Positions 1 through 8,317 of a stretch of DNA of 24,032 nt are shown one piece after another. Origin of the DNA: a virus (taxonomy: Duplodnaviria > Heunggongvirae > Uroviricota > Caudoviricetes); the IMG/VR virus record IMGVR_UViG_3300035208_002853, positions 1 to 24,032 of that record, one strand, 5' to 3'. Within the stretch, counting starts at the first letter, position 1. The number at the start of each line of letters is the position of its first letter. Under the pieces are notes generated by a model. That model was not told where the DNA came from, ran no database searches, and saw nothing but the letters and a program-made list of their open reading frames with translations. Position numbers and translations under genes: made by a program.

Positions 1-2
1 AG

Positions 3-1652
3 AGAAATGAGATTCGTGGATACTGGCACACTGAAGGTAATCTTCCCGGACTTAAGTTCTCTCCGTCTAATGGTGTCCCTGAATTTTTGGGCGTAGGCTT
101 CGGAAATCCTTGGTATTCTAAACAGGTGTATAAGATTACTTTGGAGGCTGCGGGAGGTCTTCTGTTTAAGAAAGGAGACAAAATATTTGGAGCAACTTCT
201 AAGGCTCGTGCAGAAGTCGCAAGAGTTGTAGGGGATGTTCTCTGGCTTATTGGTGTCCAAGGAACGTTCGATTCTGGAGGAAACGAGGATCTTTACACTT
301 GCCCTGGCGGGACTGATTACACTACAGATACCCTTGTAACGACCCCTGCGTTTGGAGCGGTTTCTGGTTATTACTGCCACAAGATGGATGCAGTAAGAAA
401 CACCTCTAATGCAGGCGTAGTTGGAGTTCACACTACCGCATTACAGGCTTGTCTTATGGATCAGATGCAGGACTTCTCCGAGTTCGGAATTACTACGGGG
501 AAGAAGAAGGTATTCGTTACCGTTAAAGACGCTACCGCAGGCACGGCAATCCCAATTTCCGGATGGATGGGTATGCCTATAATGGGTATAAAGTTCAAGA
601 CCGGAACCGCGATATTCGAGGTTGGCTCTAAGCTTTCCGCTAAAACAGGTGGAGATGCCGCCGCAGTTATTGGAACTATTATTGGATTCCGTGTTGATAC
701 TGGAACTTGGGCTTCCGATGCCGCAGGAATAGTGTTTGTTGCTCAAGATGCAACAGCTCGCGCGGTCCTTAATTCTGATGTACTCACCGATGATCATGGA
801 GCACATAACGCTGCCGCAGTAGCAGATCAGGCCGCGATCCCCGCCTATCTCAACAACGCCGTAAAGATTTACAACAATGCAGATTCTTCAGGTTCTGTTC
901 AGTCTTGGAATGGCGACGTAACAACCTTTGATGAAACCGATACTCTCACATACAACGCCATTCAGAGGACGTTCGATCAAAAGTCTTTATCTGTGTTCGT
1001 TAAAGACGCTGGCGACAATACAAAAGTGGGGAAGGGAACTAAAGTTAAGGAACTCAGTTTCGATATAACTGCCGATGCGTTCGCCTACAATGTTGGGCTC
1101 CTTGGAAGAAACGTCGAGTATCCAACAACCGAACCTGCGTATCCCGGCGGACTAACCGACTCTTCCCCGTTCGGAGCCTCGGCACGTACTTTCGAGATAG
1201 ATGGATCGTCCTCTGGACAGGCCGCTCAGGTAAACAAGGCCCGCGCTAGTTTCACTTGGGATTTTGCACCTGGAAAGGGCGTCGTTATCTCGGAGAACTA
1301 TCCTACTACTTTGCAGCCCACCACCTATAATATCATCGGTACTCTGGATGTACAGTGGAAGAATAACGCGATGATGAAAGCGTTCTGGAACAATCCTTCC
1401 GGTTCCGCACCTGCGGCTGGAACCCTCATCTCTAAGAGACTGTCCTTCCTGTTGGACAGCGGAGACGTGGTTTCTACCGGATATAACAAGATGCTTTCCA
1501 TTGAACTTCTTGGAACTATCGATTCAGCAACGTTGAATAGAGACCAAGATGGGTACATCCAGCCTACTACCATTGAGGGCTTCATGTACGACAGCACTTA
1601 TACTTGGGGACCCGCTCGTTTCTATGTATACGATGCAACTGCAACACATTAG
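3..1652 (+). CDS. Probable major tail (tube) protein, truncated at the 5' window edge
   Basis: The frame is open from position 3 (RNEIRGYWHTEGNLPGLKFSPSNGVPEFLGVGFG...), so the TTG at 87 is not the true start. The protein is Gly/Ala/Thr-rich and beta-strand-like, with tail-tube-like segments (GxKVKELSFDI, IxGTLDVQW, QPTTIEGFMYD). It is followed by an oligo-T terminator and a chaperone-like gene. Confidence 0.65.
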   Translation, partial: RNEIRGYWHTEGNLPGLKFSPSNGVPEFLGVGFGNPWYSKQVYKITLEAAGGLLFKKGDKIFGATSKARAEVARVVGDVLWLIGVQGTFDSGGNEDLYTCPGGTDYTTDTLVTTPAFGAVSGYYCHKMDAVRNTSNAGVVGVHTTALQACLMDQMQDFSEFGITTGKKKVFVTVKDATAGTAIPISGWMGMPIMGIKFKTGTAIFEVGSKLSAKTGGDAAAVIGTIIGFRVDTGTWASDAAGIVFVAQDATARAVLNSDVLTDDHGAHNAAAVADQAAIPAYLNNAVKIYNNADSSGSVQSWNGDVTTFDETDTLTYNAIQRTFDQKSLSVFVKDAGDNTKVGKGTKVKELSFDITADAFAYNVGLLGRNVEYPTTEPAYPGGLTDSSPFGASARTFEIDGSSSGQAAQVNKARASFTWDFAPGKGVVISENYPTTLQPTTYNIIGTLDVQWKNNAMMKAFWNNPSGSAPAAGTLISKRLSFLLDSGDVVSTGYNKMLSIELLGTIDSATLNRDQDGYIQPTTIEGFMYDSTYTWGPARFYVYDATATH

Positions 1653-1668
1653 GTTTCTCACCTAATGT

Positions 1669-1685
1669 TATTTTTTCTTTTTTTT
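1669..1685 (+). terminator. Oligo-T (archaeal-type) terminator after the tail gene
   Basis: TTATTTTTTCTTTTTTTT begins about 16 nt after the TAG stop, with no GC hairpin. Confidence 0.55.
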
Positions 1686-1694
1686 AAACCAATA

Positions 1695-1736
1695 GAAATC
1701 TTTAAATAGTATAAAACTAATTATAATTTGTAAAAT
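1695..1736 (+). promoter_or_regulatory. BRE/TATA-like promoter plus a conserved AT-rich element before the ATG at 1737
   Basis: GAAATCTTTAAATAGTATA matches the motif seen at 5221-5240, 6373-6392 and 9313-9332. It is followed by TAATTATAATTTGTAAAAT, which resembles the 23-bp repeat at 6398 and 6953. Confidence 0.55.
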
Positions 1737-2312
1737 ATGTTTTCTTTTAAGAGGATGATAAATACCATGAAGAATAAAATGCTTTTTTCGCAGCGCGAAG
1801 ATCTGCAACTGAACGCAGACACAAAGATAACGTTGATGAAGCCTGGACAGGATCTTTACCTTAGATATGCTCCTAAACTTGAGAAGGTAATGAAGATTTT
1901 GTTCGGCAAGAAAGAGGGAGAGGCAATTTTACCCTGGACAGAGAATGAGGAGGACTACAAGTACGTTAATAGCGTTATTAAGCCTATCCTGATCTATTCC
2001 ATAAGGAATCCTAACGATTATAGGAAAAGGCTTCTGGTGGACAATGATCAATCTCCTGGGACAGATCAGGAGTACTATGACGACTTTAATCCTGTATTAG
2101 ATGCTAAGATTCTGGAGAGTCAAGGATTCTACAAGAATGCCGAAGATAATACTAAGATCTTTACTCCTCAGTTGACCTTGTTCTTTATTGTGCTTCGTAA
2201 GTCTGGATGGATGTCTTCGGATGACGAAACGACAAAGGAAAATGATGAGATAGAAACCTTTCCTGAAAAGCCCGATGGGGACGAAGAAGCTACTGATAGC
2301 CCAATTGTATGA
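1737..2312 (+). CDS. Putative tail assembly chaperone (lambda gpG-like)
   Basis: 191 aa with an acidic C-terminus, directly downstream of the tail tube. It overlaps a second ORF in the +1 frame, which is the G/GT arrangement. Confidence 0.55.
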   Translation: MFSFKRMINTMKNKMLFSQREDLQLNADTKITLMKPGQDLYLRYAPKLEKVMKILFGKKEGEAILPWTENEEDYKYVNSVIKPILIYSIRNPNDYRKRLLVDNDQSPGTDQEYYDDFNPVLDAKILESQGFYKNAEDNTKIFTPQLTLFFIVLRKSGWMSSDDETTKENDEIETFPEKPDGDEEATDSPIV

Positions 2313-2562
2313 TCTCCGACCATCAGAGGTTATAGATCCTTTTTATGAGTGTACCTTATTGGTGAGGGATGAAATAGACCTTCTCTATAAGACATCTCAT
2401 GAAAAACGGATTATAAGCATTCTTAAGGGCGAGATCTCTGTAACGGGAGAAAAACCAATTCCAAAAGATCCATATCCGAGACCACAACATTGCGATACAA
2501 ATATATTGACGAAGGGAAGCAAATTTGTCAAAAAGATGATGAAAGACGCGGGCTGGACTTAG
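2260..2562 (+). CDS. gpT-like extension of the chaperone, probably reached by +1 frameshift at ACC_TTT_CCT
   Basis: The +1 frame is open from 2254 (after TAG 2251-2253) to TAG 2560-2562. It reads FLKSPMGTKKLLIAQLYDLRPSEV... Confidence 0.5.
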   Translation, partial: FLKSPMGTKKLLIAQLYDLRPSEVIDPFYECTLLVRDEIDLLYKTSHEKRIISILKGEISVTGEKPIPKDPYPRPQHCDTNILTKGSKFVKKMMKDAGWT

Positions 2563-4271
2563 ATGCTTCTGTCGCTAAAGTTCTAGACGACGAAACTATG
2601 GATGCAGCCGGGAGGTTGTACGAAGAAACTTATAATTCGTTTTATCTTTTTGTGGAGAAAATTTTTTCTTTGGCTATTAAGGAGAAATATGGTAAATATG
2701 TGGGCGGAGAATATATAAAAAGAAGTTGCGATTTTTTACAAAATAATAAGAGAACGATGTATTGTGGCCCCAGATTGCATTACAAAAGCTTGAGATTTTA
2801 TTCTTACATTGCTTGGTTAATTTGGAAAAATAAAAAAGATAAAAAAAATCTTGACATTGCATATATTTCATATAATCAGGATTTGTCTGGGGCACACGTA
2901 GGAAAACTTAAAGAATTAATAAGTAACTCTTTTTTCTTTGCAGAAGGGCTATATGATGAGTACTCCACGGCCACATCAAAAGCCGAATATAGATGGAGAG
3001 ACGCTAATGAAAGATCGCTGTCGAAGGCTCCCCATATTAGTATTAATTGTTATAGTATTTTGGGAGCTTTGAGAGGTCTGCATCCTACTCATATCCTCGT
3101 AGATGATTTTTATACGGATGAAGATAGGCAAAATGTGGTTTCTGTAGAGCCAGAAATCATCAAAAAGATAAATAGATTGTTTAGAAAAGTTGTGCTTCCT
3201 ATGCCATTGCCTGGTATCGGAGAACTTCATCTAATCGGAACTCCTCAGTCTTACGCCGATCTTTGGTATCAAAAGGAATTTTATAAAACAAGCGAAGATG
3301 ATGAAGAGTCTGTAAGATTTAACGTAAGATTAGAACCTGCGATTACTTCATATGACTGGGAAACTAGGACTTTTAGATCCGGAGAAGAAAAGAAGGCTCT
3401 TTGGCCCGAAATGTTTTCTTTAAAGTATTTGGAAGAGCAGGGAACCATAATGGCTCCTCAAGAGTGGGCCCAGGAATTTTTAGTGTGTCCGAGGTCAATT
3501 TCGGATTCATTCTTTGAAGAAGATAGAATCGATGAGAGTATCCGATTGGGAAAGGAAAGTTTGTTGGTTAACTACGCAGACCCAGCAAGATATAATACCT
3601 TCAATCCTGACGATTGGTTTGGTTATAAAATATATGGTGCGTATGATCCTGCCAAATCCCGAGACCCAGCACATTTTACAGTTTTTGCGTATAATAATGG
3701 AGTTTTAACACAATTAGTAAGTAAATTTATGGATAAGTGGGACTACAGCTATACTACACCAAGCAAGCCATCGCAGTTTAAATATATACGAGATGCAGTA
3801 GAGCATTTTAATATTCAAAGGATATGGGGCGACAACACTAATTCGGTATTAACATCTGCGATTGAACAAGGGGAAATTCCTGGATTAACTGAGGTTAAGA
3901 TTACTCATAGCTTAAAAGGAAAATTAGCTATCTCTTTACAGAAACACTTGGGAAAACCAAGTTTACTGTTGTTGGACGACGACAGGCAAAAAAGAGGATT
4001 TCTTGCAATTCAGAATAACGGATTAAAGGCAATCCATAGTAAAGACGGGCATGGCGAGCCCCTCACGTCGAGTGGTCTGGTTACGGTCAATGTCTTAGAC
4101 GCCGGAAACGGGGACAACGTAAGACGAATAAAAATAAAAACAGACAGGGATAAAATCCCCAAGTACTATCGTGGATACTTCCTGTCGCGCGGCGCGAATG
4201 GATCTCAAAGAACGGACCTCCCGTTTAATAATTTTGGGGCTAGGAGAAATCTGATGGGGAGATTAATATAA
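2490..4271 (+). CDS. terL: Terminase large subunit (start may be ATG 2598)
   Basis: Variant Walker A (GPRLHYKS), LRGLHP followed by Walker B (HILVDD), coupling motif IGTPQ, WPEMF...WAQEF, and a RuvC-like nuclease start (YGAYDPAKSRDPAHF). Confidence 0.9.
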   Translation: MRYKYIDEGKQICQKDDERRGLDLDASVAKVLDDETMDAAGRLYEETYNSFYLFVEKIFSLAIKEKYGKYVGGEYIKRSCDFLQNNKRTMYCGPRLHYKSLRFYSYIAWLIWKNKKDKKNLDIAYISYNQDLSGAHVGKLKELISNSFFFAEGLYDEYSTATSKAEYRWRDANERSLSKAPHISINCYSILGALRGLHPTHILVDDFYTDEDRQNVVSVEPEIIKKINRLFRKVVLPMPLPGIGELHLIGTPQSYADLWYQKEFYKTSEDDEESVRFNVRLEPAITSYDWETRTFRSGEEKKALWPEMFSLKYLEEQGTIMAPQEWAQEFLVCPRSISDSFFEEDRIDESIRLGKESLLVNYADPARYNTFNPDDWFGYKIYGAYDPAKSRDPAHFTVFAYNNGVLTQLVSKFMDKWDYSYTTPSKPSQFKYIRDAVEHFNIQRIWGDNTNSVLTSAIEQGEIPGLTEVKITHSLKGKLAISLQKHLGKPSLLLLDDDRQKRGFLAIQNNGLKAIHSKDGHGEPLTSSGLVTVNVLDAGNGDNVRRIKIKTDRDKIPKYYRGYFLSRGANGSQRTDLPFNNFGARRNLMGRLI

Positions 4272-5015
4272 TTTTCCTCGGCCACAGTTACAATTCCAAC
4301 ATTCGAGGCAAAAATCTTCTTTAATGGATTGGGGCCAGCCCAATTTCCTAAAACGTTTTATTAATCCGATCCCACTTCGCGGATGATTCCCCAATCTTCT
4401 TTGTTCCCCACCGTCGTTGTGTATATGAGACATAGTGAGGAACCTCAATTCAGAAATACCGCAGGAACATGGACCAAAGAAATCAAACGCTTCTTTCCAA
4501 AGTTTGGTCCGATATCTTTGGTATACATTTTGTTTTTCTCTTGGGATATCGAGGTAATCTCTCGATCGGGAGCAATTATGATTATAGCAAAGTACCCTAA
4601 GATTTTCTGTGTTTTTGTAATATCCACTAACAATGGCGGAGTATAATTTTCCTGAATATAATCCATTCTTTTTATCTAAATTTCCGGTTGAGTCTATGTG
4701 ATCAATTGTTAAATGACTTATATTTTGGTCTCCACAAATTATGCAACGCGGGCCTCCTATTTTATTGAAAGCGGATATTTTTAATTTTAGGTTAAATTCT
4801 TTTCTAGATCGCTTGGTCTCTTCTTCGTGGAGTATCCTATAGTTTTTGCTGTATAAGATGCTGGCTGTCCTAGTCTTATCATAATATTTTTTTCTTCGGA
4901 TTTTTCCTTTCTCTAGAATAATATCGCTTGATTTTCTATATATTTTTTGGTATTCGTTTTTCTTCCTTTTTTTTTCTTTTATCAACTCTTCATAACTCAA
5001 CTCCTCAACCTCCAT
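4263..5015 (-). CDS. Tandem double-HNH endonuclease, copy 1 (putative free-standing homing endonuclease)
   Basis: Two His-Me/Zn units: CIICG..LTIDHI..LCYNHNC and GPCSCG..LTMSHIHNDG..LECWNCNC. It is paralogous to 8292-9296 and 19490-20275 and converges on terL with a 9 nt overlap. Confidence 0.85.
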   Translation of the reverse strand: MEVEELSYEELIKEKKRKKNEYQKIYRKSSDIILEKGKIRRKKYYDKTRTASILYSKNYRILHEEETKRSRKEFNLKLKISAFNKIGGPRCIICGDQNISHLTIDHIDSTGNLDKKNGLYSGKLYSAIVSGYYKNTENLRVLCYNHNCSRSRDYLDIPREKQNVYQRYRTKLWKEAFDFFGPCSCGISELRFLTMSHIHNDGGEQRRLGNHPRSGIGLIKRFRKLGWPQSIKEDFCLECWNCNCGRGKLY

Positions 5016-5017
5016 AT

Positions 5018-5179
5018 CTACTCCCCCTCTCCAAACACCCTCTTATACTCACGATTAATCATGTCGCGAAGGAACCCCGCGCCTGAAACTCCCTCTCGTT
5101 TGGAGAGTTTTTCTAGTCTACTTTTGATCACGGTCGATGCCTTAAATGTCATAACTTCATCTTGTTTAATATTGTCCAT
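5018..5179 (-). CDS. Small ribbon-helix-helix (CopG/Arc-like) protein, 53 aa, not in the ORF track
   Basis: Hand translation: MDNIKQDEVMTFKASTVIKSRLEKLSKREGVSGAGFLRDMINREYKRVFGEGE*. It has a GGAG SD upstream and stops 2 nt before the HNH ATG. Confidence 0.7.
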   Translation of the reverse strand: MDNIKQDEVMTFKASTVIKSRLEKLSKREGVSGAGFLRDMINREYKRVFGEGE

Positions 5180-5220
5180 CAAAAATCATTCTCCAGAAAA
5201 GGTTAAATACCGTAACGTTC

Positions 5221-5240
5221 TAATAGTATTTATAACTTTC
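5221..5240 (-). promoter_or_regulatory. BRE/TATA promoter for the RHH/double-HNH operon
   Basis: The minus strand reads GAAAGTTATAAATACTATTA. Confidence 0.6.
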
Positions 5241-5297
5241 GGATGAACATATCGGAAACGTCGATAAGTTCAACTATCTGGAAATTCCAGATAGTTC

Positions 5298-5307
5298 AAA
5301 AAAAAAA
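5298..5307 (-). terminator. Oligo-T terminator (T10) after ORF 5341-5787
   Basis: An A10 run on the + strand lies about 35 nt past the minus-strand stop. Confidence 0.5.
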
Positions 5308-5340
5308 GAATCGAACCATTAGCTCCAATCTAACAGTTCG

Positions 5341-5787
5341 TTATGCAAGAGCCGATTCGCATCCCGCATCGAAAATAATCTGTTCCTCCTCCGTTAATTG
5401 CTCTCCACGAGCCACTTTCACAGCGATGGCCTCAAATTTCTTCTGCATTTCCGCTTCCTTTTTCTTGTCAGTTGCTATAGACTCTTTAACGATCTTAGCA
5501 AACAACCCTTCTTCAACCTTTCCGGCTTCCTTCTTACTTCTTATTTGTTCGTAAGTTGCCAGAATCTTATTTAGATTCCCAAACTGAAGCATTTTTTTAT
5601 GTTGAAGTTCAAAGTCTATTTTATCGGTATCTAAATCGTGACTAATATTTAATGTCCGCCATACCATATCGATGTACAATATTGTTCCCATATCAGGTTT
5701 CGTGTCCCCTTCTTTCAGTATTCCCATCTTCCGTCCGCGCTCAATCGTCCTTTGTATATCTTGAAGAATCACACCATCTAAAACCAC
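5341..5787 (-). CDS. Hypothetical helical protein, 148 aa (terminase small subunit possible but unsupported)
   Basis: GTG start with a GGAGTGA SD, charged helical composition, no recognised motif. Confidence 0.6.
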   Translation of the reverse strand: MVLDGVILQDIQRTIERGRKMGILKEGDTKPDMGTILYIDMVWRTLNISHDLDTDKIDFELQHKKMLQFGNLNKILATYEQIRSKKEAGKVEEGLFAKIVKESIATDKKKEAEMQKKFEAIAVKVARGEQLTEEEQIIFDAGCESALA

Positions 5788-5793
5788 TATCTA

Positions 5794-6165
5794 TCACTCC
5801 TTTATCTTTAACATAAATTCCTTGTAAGAAAATTGCTTTCGTCTTTTTGTTTTTGTTGAAAATCTTCCTGGATATTGAATGTCTAATGACTTGTAATATC
5901 CGGTAGAGTCCCAATATCTAAGTTCCCCACAACTTTTTGCATACGATTCAGGGTATGCATCTTCATATTTAATACCAAAATGAGAAGAAAGTATATAATC
6001 AATTAAAGCAGATCTTTTGTTTTCGGGGACAATTTCTGAAATTTTCTGTAAAAGAACGAGATTTAATGTTAATGTCCTTGGCCCTTTTCTTTTTATTTTT
6101 CCAGACGGATTCGCTTTTAATGGAGATATCCATCCGTTTTCAGATATACAATCCTTAAATTTCAT
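5794..6165 (-). CDS. RHH-like DNA-binding protein
   Basis: RTLTLNLVLLQKISEIVPENKRSALIDYILSSHFG fits a strand-helix-helix pattern. It shares DxILSxxFGIxYxxAY with the neighbouring ORF. Confidence 0.5.
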   Translation of the reverse strand: MKFKDCISENGWISPLKANPSGKIKRKGPRTLTLNLVLLQKISEIVPENKRSALIDYILSSHFGIKYEDAYPESYAKSCGELRYWDSTGYYKSLDIQYPGRFSTKTKRRKQFSYKEFMLKIKE

Positions 6166-6353
6166 TATTCTCCAGACTTATTAATACCCCATTTATTAGG
6201 TCCCGTACAATTCGAATACGCCTCATCGTAATTTATACCAAAATAATCAGATAATACTTTATCGGCATAAGCGTTAAGATCGGTAGTGTTATCTAATTTT
6301 TCTTGGACTAAATAGTTAAGATGAACGGTAATTTGTTTAGTATATTCAGACAT
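6165..6353 (-). CDS. RHH-like small protein, paralog of 5794-6165
   Basis: KQITVHLNYLVQEKLD...ADKVLSDYFGINYDEAY. It is preceded by a TATA box. Confidence 0.55.
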   Translation of the reverse strand: MSEYTKQITVHLNYLVQEKLDNTTDLNAYADKVLSDYFGINYDEAYSNCTGPNKWGINKSGE

Positions 6354-6372
6354 TAAAATAAATAATATATTT

Positions 6373-6392
6373 GATACTATATAAACGTTTCG
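6373..6392 (-). promoter_or_regulatory. BRE/TATA promoter, possibly bidirectional
   Basis: The minus strand reads CGAAACGTTTATATAGTATC, about 25 nt before ATG 6353. The plus strand reads TATATAAA upstream of ATG 6419. Confidence 0.6.
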
Positions 6393-6397
6393 GTTTT

Positions 6398-6420
6398 TAT
6401 TTAATTCATAATTTTAAAAT
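6398..6420 (+). repeat. 23-bp direct repeat, copy 1
   Basis: TATTTAATTCATAATTTTAAAAT is identical to 6953-6975. Confidence 0.9.
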
Positions 6421-6754
6421 GGAATTTGAAACTAGGATTTCTTTTGTAGGGGAAACCTTAAAATTGTCCATTTTAGGGAAACCCTTAAATGTTATTAAGA
6501 CTCTATATCTCAGTGGGAGTGATCATGATATGAGAGAACCTATCAAAGTTCAATGGCACAAGAAGAGAGACGAGTCGGTTTTGAGTACCTACAGAAACTT
6601 CATTTTATGTAGAAGTAATATTGCTATAAAATGGTGGTACGACGAAGTGACCATTGGTGAAGCCGAGCAAGGCTTAGATTTGCAAGATGCTAACAGAAGT
6701 TTAATTTATACAAATTGGGATCATTATGTCTCAACAAAGGGTTGGATGGTATAG
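6419..6754 (+). CDS. Hypothetical protein (true start probably ATG 6419); the frame continues past the TAG to 6928
   Basis: The ATG abuts the 23-bp repeat. It reads MEFETRIS...KGWMV*, with 57 more open in-frame codons after the amber stop. Confidence 0.55.
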   Translation: MEFETRISFVGETLKLSILGKPLNVIKTLYLSGSDHDMREPIKVQWHKKRDESVLSTYRNFILCRSNIAIKWWYDEVTIGEAEQGLDLQDANRSLIYTNWDHYVSTKGWMV

Positions 6755-6952
6755 GGAGGATGTAGCCGATGGAGGAGCGAATTATCTGTTGATGACTCAG
6801 GAGAGATTGAGGAAGTTTGCTTTATTGAGATTCTCGATTTCGATTCGATATATTATAAAGAATATTTAGAATGGTGGAGTAATTTGGCTCTGCGGGTTGA
6901 GATGTACGAAGTGTTAAGTGGGATGTAGAATTATATCGTGAATTTGTAATTA

Positions 6953-6975
6953 TATTTAATTCATAATTTTAAAAT
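6953..6975 (+). repeat. 23-bp direct repeat, copy 2
   Basis: Identical to 6398-6420 and located upstream of the portal gene. Confidence 0.9.
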
Positions 6976-7009
6976 ACGTATTTAATTGCTAACGGAGATT
7001 GGAAGAAAG

Positions 7010-8317
7010 ATGTCTGATTTTAAAGGCGATATTCAATCTAAGTTAGAGAAAGGAATCCTTAATCAACGAGTGTCTAACAAGGATTTAATACTCGCTGCCA
7101 TGAATCCTTTGGTCCAAGCTCTGTCTGGAACCGATACGCAATTAAAATTTTCTAAACCATTTTATCATAATGTCTATGATCCGAAAGGAAAAGTAGACGT
7201 GGAAATGAGTCACGATATTGCAGAGAACCTAGAAGATATAGATTTCTTCTCTTGGGCTCAGGTTGCAGATTCGGATGGTTTTAGAGGTGGTCGTGGAGTC
7301 TCAGAACTCGCTTGGGGAAAGGACTCCAATTCTGGATATGTAAATTATACTGCTATGCAAAGAAGACCTTATGACTCGTTTATAAGACCCAAAAATGATA
7401 AAATAATTAGCACGGCCCTTCGCTGGAAAGGAATGTATTACGATAATGAAGGGGGACTTAACTTTGACCAAACTATAAGTTCTGGTACTAAGTCTGGGAA
7501 AATAATCAGTTTGGATAAAAATCAAGTATTCTCTTTATCTCCATTGGGATCTAGGTTCATAGATGAAAGCATATTAGAGTACCTTTTACCATATATTGAT
7601 CTTGCTGCTTACAGCTACGACCTAATTTATGTTGTCATGAATGAACAGATTAATCCCAAAGATCTGGTTATTACAGATGAAAATATGCCGGGGACATCAG
7701 ATATTGCAAAGAACATATTAGAAGGTAATAATTCGTTTGAGAATACACCGATTCCTTCCAATATGAGTTTAAATCGTCCTCACTATTACGACCGTCAGGA
7801 CATACTTTCTTTCTATAATTTCGCAACTCGTGAGATGTATAAGATAGTTTTTCCGGTTTCGGCGCTTTCAGATGGAGGGGAAGGGAAGTCGGCGCTACTC
7901 GATAACAGCTCGGCCAGCGCAAAAATGTCAACTTTCTTTGCGTATATTCAATCTGGTAGGTTAAAATTCTGTAGAGAAGCCAGCAAATTTGGAAATAATT
8001 GGCTTGATATTAATGGATTTAAAAAGAAAGGATATCGCTACGAGCTGATCCCGGCCCCAATCGAACCAAAAGATACACAAAATGAATTAAAAATTATGAT
8101 CGCGGCCAGAGGAAGTGGGGATATCAGTCAACAAGAGTACAGGAATTGGATAAATAGTTCTGTAATTGGAATTCGGCTCCAAGAAAATTTTGAGTCAGAA
8201 AAAGATTTAGGACAAAAGGCCCAACCCAAAGTAGATCCTGCGGTTTCAAAAGTGTTAGATAAGGTCGCGGATGGGGACGATCCTATTCAAGCTATGGCTG
8301 ATGTGGTGGCGAGGTAA
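7010..8317 (+). CDS. Probable portal protein (Mu gp29/DUF935-like); start ATG 7010, alternative TTG 6986
   Basis: About 435 aa. GVSELAW...RRPYDSF and SILEYLL resemble conserved portal segments, and the C-terminal QEYRNWI is portal-like. The size and terL context fit. Confidence 0.65.
   Translation: MSDFKGDIQSKLEKGILNQRVSNKDLILAAMNPLVQALSGTDTQLKFSKPFYHNVYDPKGKVDVEMSHDIAENLEDIDFFSWAQVADSDGFRGGRGVSELAWGKDSNSGYVNYTAMQRRPYDSFIRPKNDKIISTALRWKGMYYDNEGGLNFDQTISSGTKSGKIISLDKNQVFSLSPLGSRFIDESILEYLLPYIDLAAYSYDLIYVVMNEQINPKDLVITDENMPGTSDIAKNILEGNNSFENTPIPSNMSLNRPHYYDRQDILSFYNFATREMYKIVFPVSALSDGGEGKSALLDNSSASAKMSTFFAYIQSGRLKFCREASKFGNNWLDINGFKKKGYRYELIPAPIEPKDTQNELKIMIAARGSGDISQQEYRNWINSSVIGIRLQENFESEKDLGQKAQPKVDPAVSKVLDKVADGDDPIQAMADVVAR

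Noticed and set aside
441-5554. Short track ORFs at 441-806, 1325-1597, 2677-2895, 2976-3230, 3514-3708, 4383-4646, 4445-4666, 4947-5246 and 5243-5554
   Set aside because: They are shadow frames of better-supported genes, with no motifs or SD. Unlike the nested HNH, they encode no recognisable domain.
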